Virus record (IMG/VR): IMGVR_UViG_3300013132_005564
Coordinates: 1 to 64,000 of that record
Source: a virus
Strand: one strand, 5' to 3'
DNA length: 64,000 bases
This document shows positions 63,301 through 64,000 of this stretch, piece after piece. The translations under genes and the position numbers were made by a program. The notes below the pieces were generated by a model, which saw only the letters and a list, made by a program, of their open reading frames with translations, had not been told where the DNA came from and ran no database searches. Positions within the stretch are counted from its first letter, which is position 1. The number at the start of each line of letters is the position of its first letter.

Positions 63301-64000
63301 CGACCTACCGGACGACCTTGCGCAGAGAATGGCCGCGAGCCCGAACGGGCCGACGATAGACATCTCCGAGCTGTTCCTCGGCACGGCGGAACAATTCCGC
63401 TGGGACCAGGCGACGATCGCCTCGTTCTACGAGGAAGTGGCCGAGATGATGAACAGGATGGTCCAGGAGGTGCCCGATGCGAAGAGGCGCCAGAAACTTG
63501 CGGACATGTTCACTGGGGCGCTCGAGGACATAGCCGACAACATGGACAACGAGAACACCGAGTTCTTCGACAGGGTCGGGGACATCCCTTCACGAACGGT
63601 CGGACGACTCTCGCGGAGGGCGTCCAGGTCTCAGGTCGCCGAGGATACGGCAGACGCCGGAATGACGGTGAACAGGGGCGTGCCGGAGGACGTGCGCGAG
63701 ACGCTGATGAGTCGCCAGAGCCCGCTCGGGTCGGGAGAAAAACTCGGGCTGCCAGAGCGCAGAATTTCTCGGAAGCTTACCGAGGTTGCCAACGACATTT
63801 TTGCGGCGGATCGCATTGCGAACGACTCGCCGCTGCCATCCCCCGGCATCGCCGAAGTGTTCTTCAACACGGCAGGTCAACTGAGGTGGGACCGACCGAC
63901 GACCGAGTCCTTCTTTGAGGACGTTCGGCGCATGATGAACCAAATGGTCTCGGAGATCCCGGATTCGACGCGCAGGAACAGGCTGGCGGACGTCTTCTCC
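60341..64000 (+). CDS. Large multi-module protein (>1220 aa, runs off the right edge; absent from the ORF track)
   Basis: Manual translation MDESIQPGDCCP...LGCIGIRQ..WMPC...KKALGATIG...DADLDGLVLEGLPFINLGRGVPDPTP...NFAMAAM. The same frame gives ADAGM at 63143 and 63650. Its absence from the track fits having no stop codon in the window. Confidence 0.85.
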   Translation, partial: MDESIQPGDCCPLSDDDIETKDVSFGPRMVRPDSFDAYVDKESARARARMLGCIGIRQYGSTNGGTVWMPCSNESDYRRVTGTNFSGRRQRRRMLKAELGEGISKKALGATIGMVGGRVNTNPATAIDADLDGLVLEGLPFINLGRGVPDPTPGGTNELLPNADNRNFAMAAMSNRRGPRISPPGEIELSRDGDDSASPATRMPSQRATRSRKRETTFADVDTDRFDELIARIADDVASSEVAADVSSDEAVGKLLDDVRGIASSVAEVVDGHIDSRPRRSTSTRDAAEETSTRITAKAIGTVMEISNNPTQSLSENENLTRLVTSSIIERGAAEVASLTGKPGIWAFLVQAMIGGAYATQRAWELLARIFGVENNTGWVPEPTGRFAEALAPSLANERKKAARSRALDSSGRAIDALRQAGFAISDASEVPAIADDMASALDSPELIELPGDKKPGPAPTLDALDEIIQRINATTGKTRPRGARKPSYSKYRGTSEEILRNRMDIAGVPSGIDDVYRTNSVDVPTDNERLAAKLISTPGRNGQGALNAELLYRALSDRSALRSYVSPVDSPFVAQLATLIEEGRLPRLADALLEMSPQTVENFLAVPPRPIISAARAARKTLRPSGSWMARISNDPFETAFHMLRAKDYHLSSIFSGADSGKLTDAVDELVGNNVSETAAIFGSLVALNKERLAEAYDGSQSVAQGGNRLLRTARNLIASATENDSVWAATRDSISDVTAAMLGGDSADAAMSRQVVRFGSNYPRHRRKTGDWSPIANKIRDGVKAYRARYGPIASNSADLSRFVNFSYPELLSEASELIDLMKEKVEFGSLKFEDYARNGWINRDTAELDVDEFDPTNLETIFDKGSQMGLFKSIGVVLVAASRVAPSRDEREAVLDLMDEVNEWTFTALPLYSEPRSVTDRRRGIFPSSASADAGMTVNRPVPDDVRQTLMSLTRPYDSGQTQGLPTIRMQRKLVEKANELMRNDLPDDLAQRMAASPNGPTIDISELFLGTAEQFRWDQATIASFYEEVAEMMNRMVQEVPDAKRRQKLADMFTGALEDIADNMDNENTEFFDRVGDIPSRTVGRLSRRASRSQVAEDTADAGMTVNRGVPEDVRETLMSRQSPLGSGEKLGLPERRISRKLTEVANDIFAADRIANDSPLPSPGIAEVFFNTAGQLRWDRPTTESFFEDVRRMMNQMVSEIPDSTRRNRLADVFS
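63155..64000 (+). repeat. Diverged tandem duplication of a 169-aa module, each copy starting at an AGM linker
   Basis: AGMTVNRPVPDDVRQTLMS (ATG 63155) and AGMTVNRGVPEDVRETLMS (ATG 63662). The later parts also align (FRWDQATIASFYEEV..MMNRMV.EVPD..RR.KLADMF / LRWDRPTTESFFEDV..MMNQMV.EIPD..RR.RLADVF). Confidence 0.85.

Noticed and set aside
13644-64000. AGM methionines as internal translation starts or a DNA-level repeat
   Set aside because: No consistent Shine-Dalgarno at proper spacing, and codons vary synonymously. A peptide-level signal fits better, though internal starts are not strictly excluded.

Overview
The whole window is part of a large, GC-rich tailed-phage genome, probably a jumbo myovirus, since a tail sheath gene begins at the left edge. 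The left 11 kb is one tightly coupled minus-strand run: terminase, Rad52/Sak-like annealing protein, Cas4/RecB-like exonuclease, HNH, RuvC, ParB, an IbrA/IbrB-like pair, neck genes and tail sheath. The right 53 kb is a plus-strand head module: portal-MuF fusion, an HK97-type prohead protease fused to a 4370-aa protein, and a run of very large ORFs (1763, about 3760, 917, about 700, 1827 and >1220 aa). The main observation is that these giant proteins share a hidden grammar. A Lys-site-rich leader is followed by a conserved anchor motif (K-x-L-G..IG ... DADxD..EG.P.IN.GRG..DPTP). Then comes a first AAM site, then cargo modules separated by a recurring acidic D-G-x-x-A-G-M linker (about 30 copies in 7 genes). 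The linkers fall at domain boundaries. Cargo includes ART-like, OGFr-like, HTH, SLOG, zincin, DEDDh, WYL-like, KTSC, GNAT and kinase-like modules. I infer a family of capsid-packaged polyproteins cut at AG/AA-M sites into many effectors. Domain calls are by-eye motif recognition; no searches were run. I saw no tRNA, rRNA, CRISPR array or major capsid gene.
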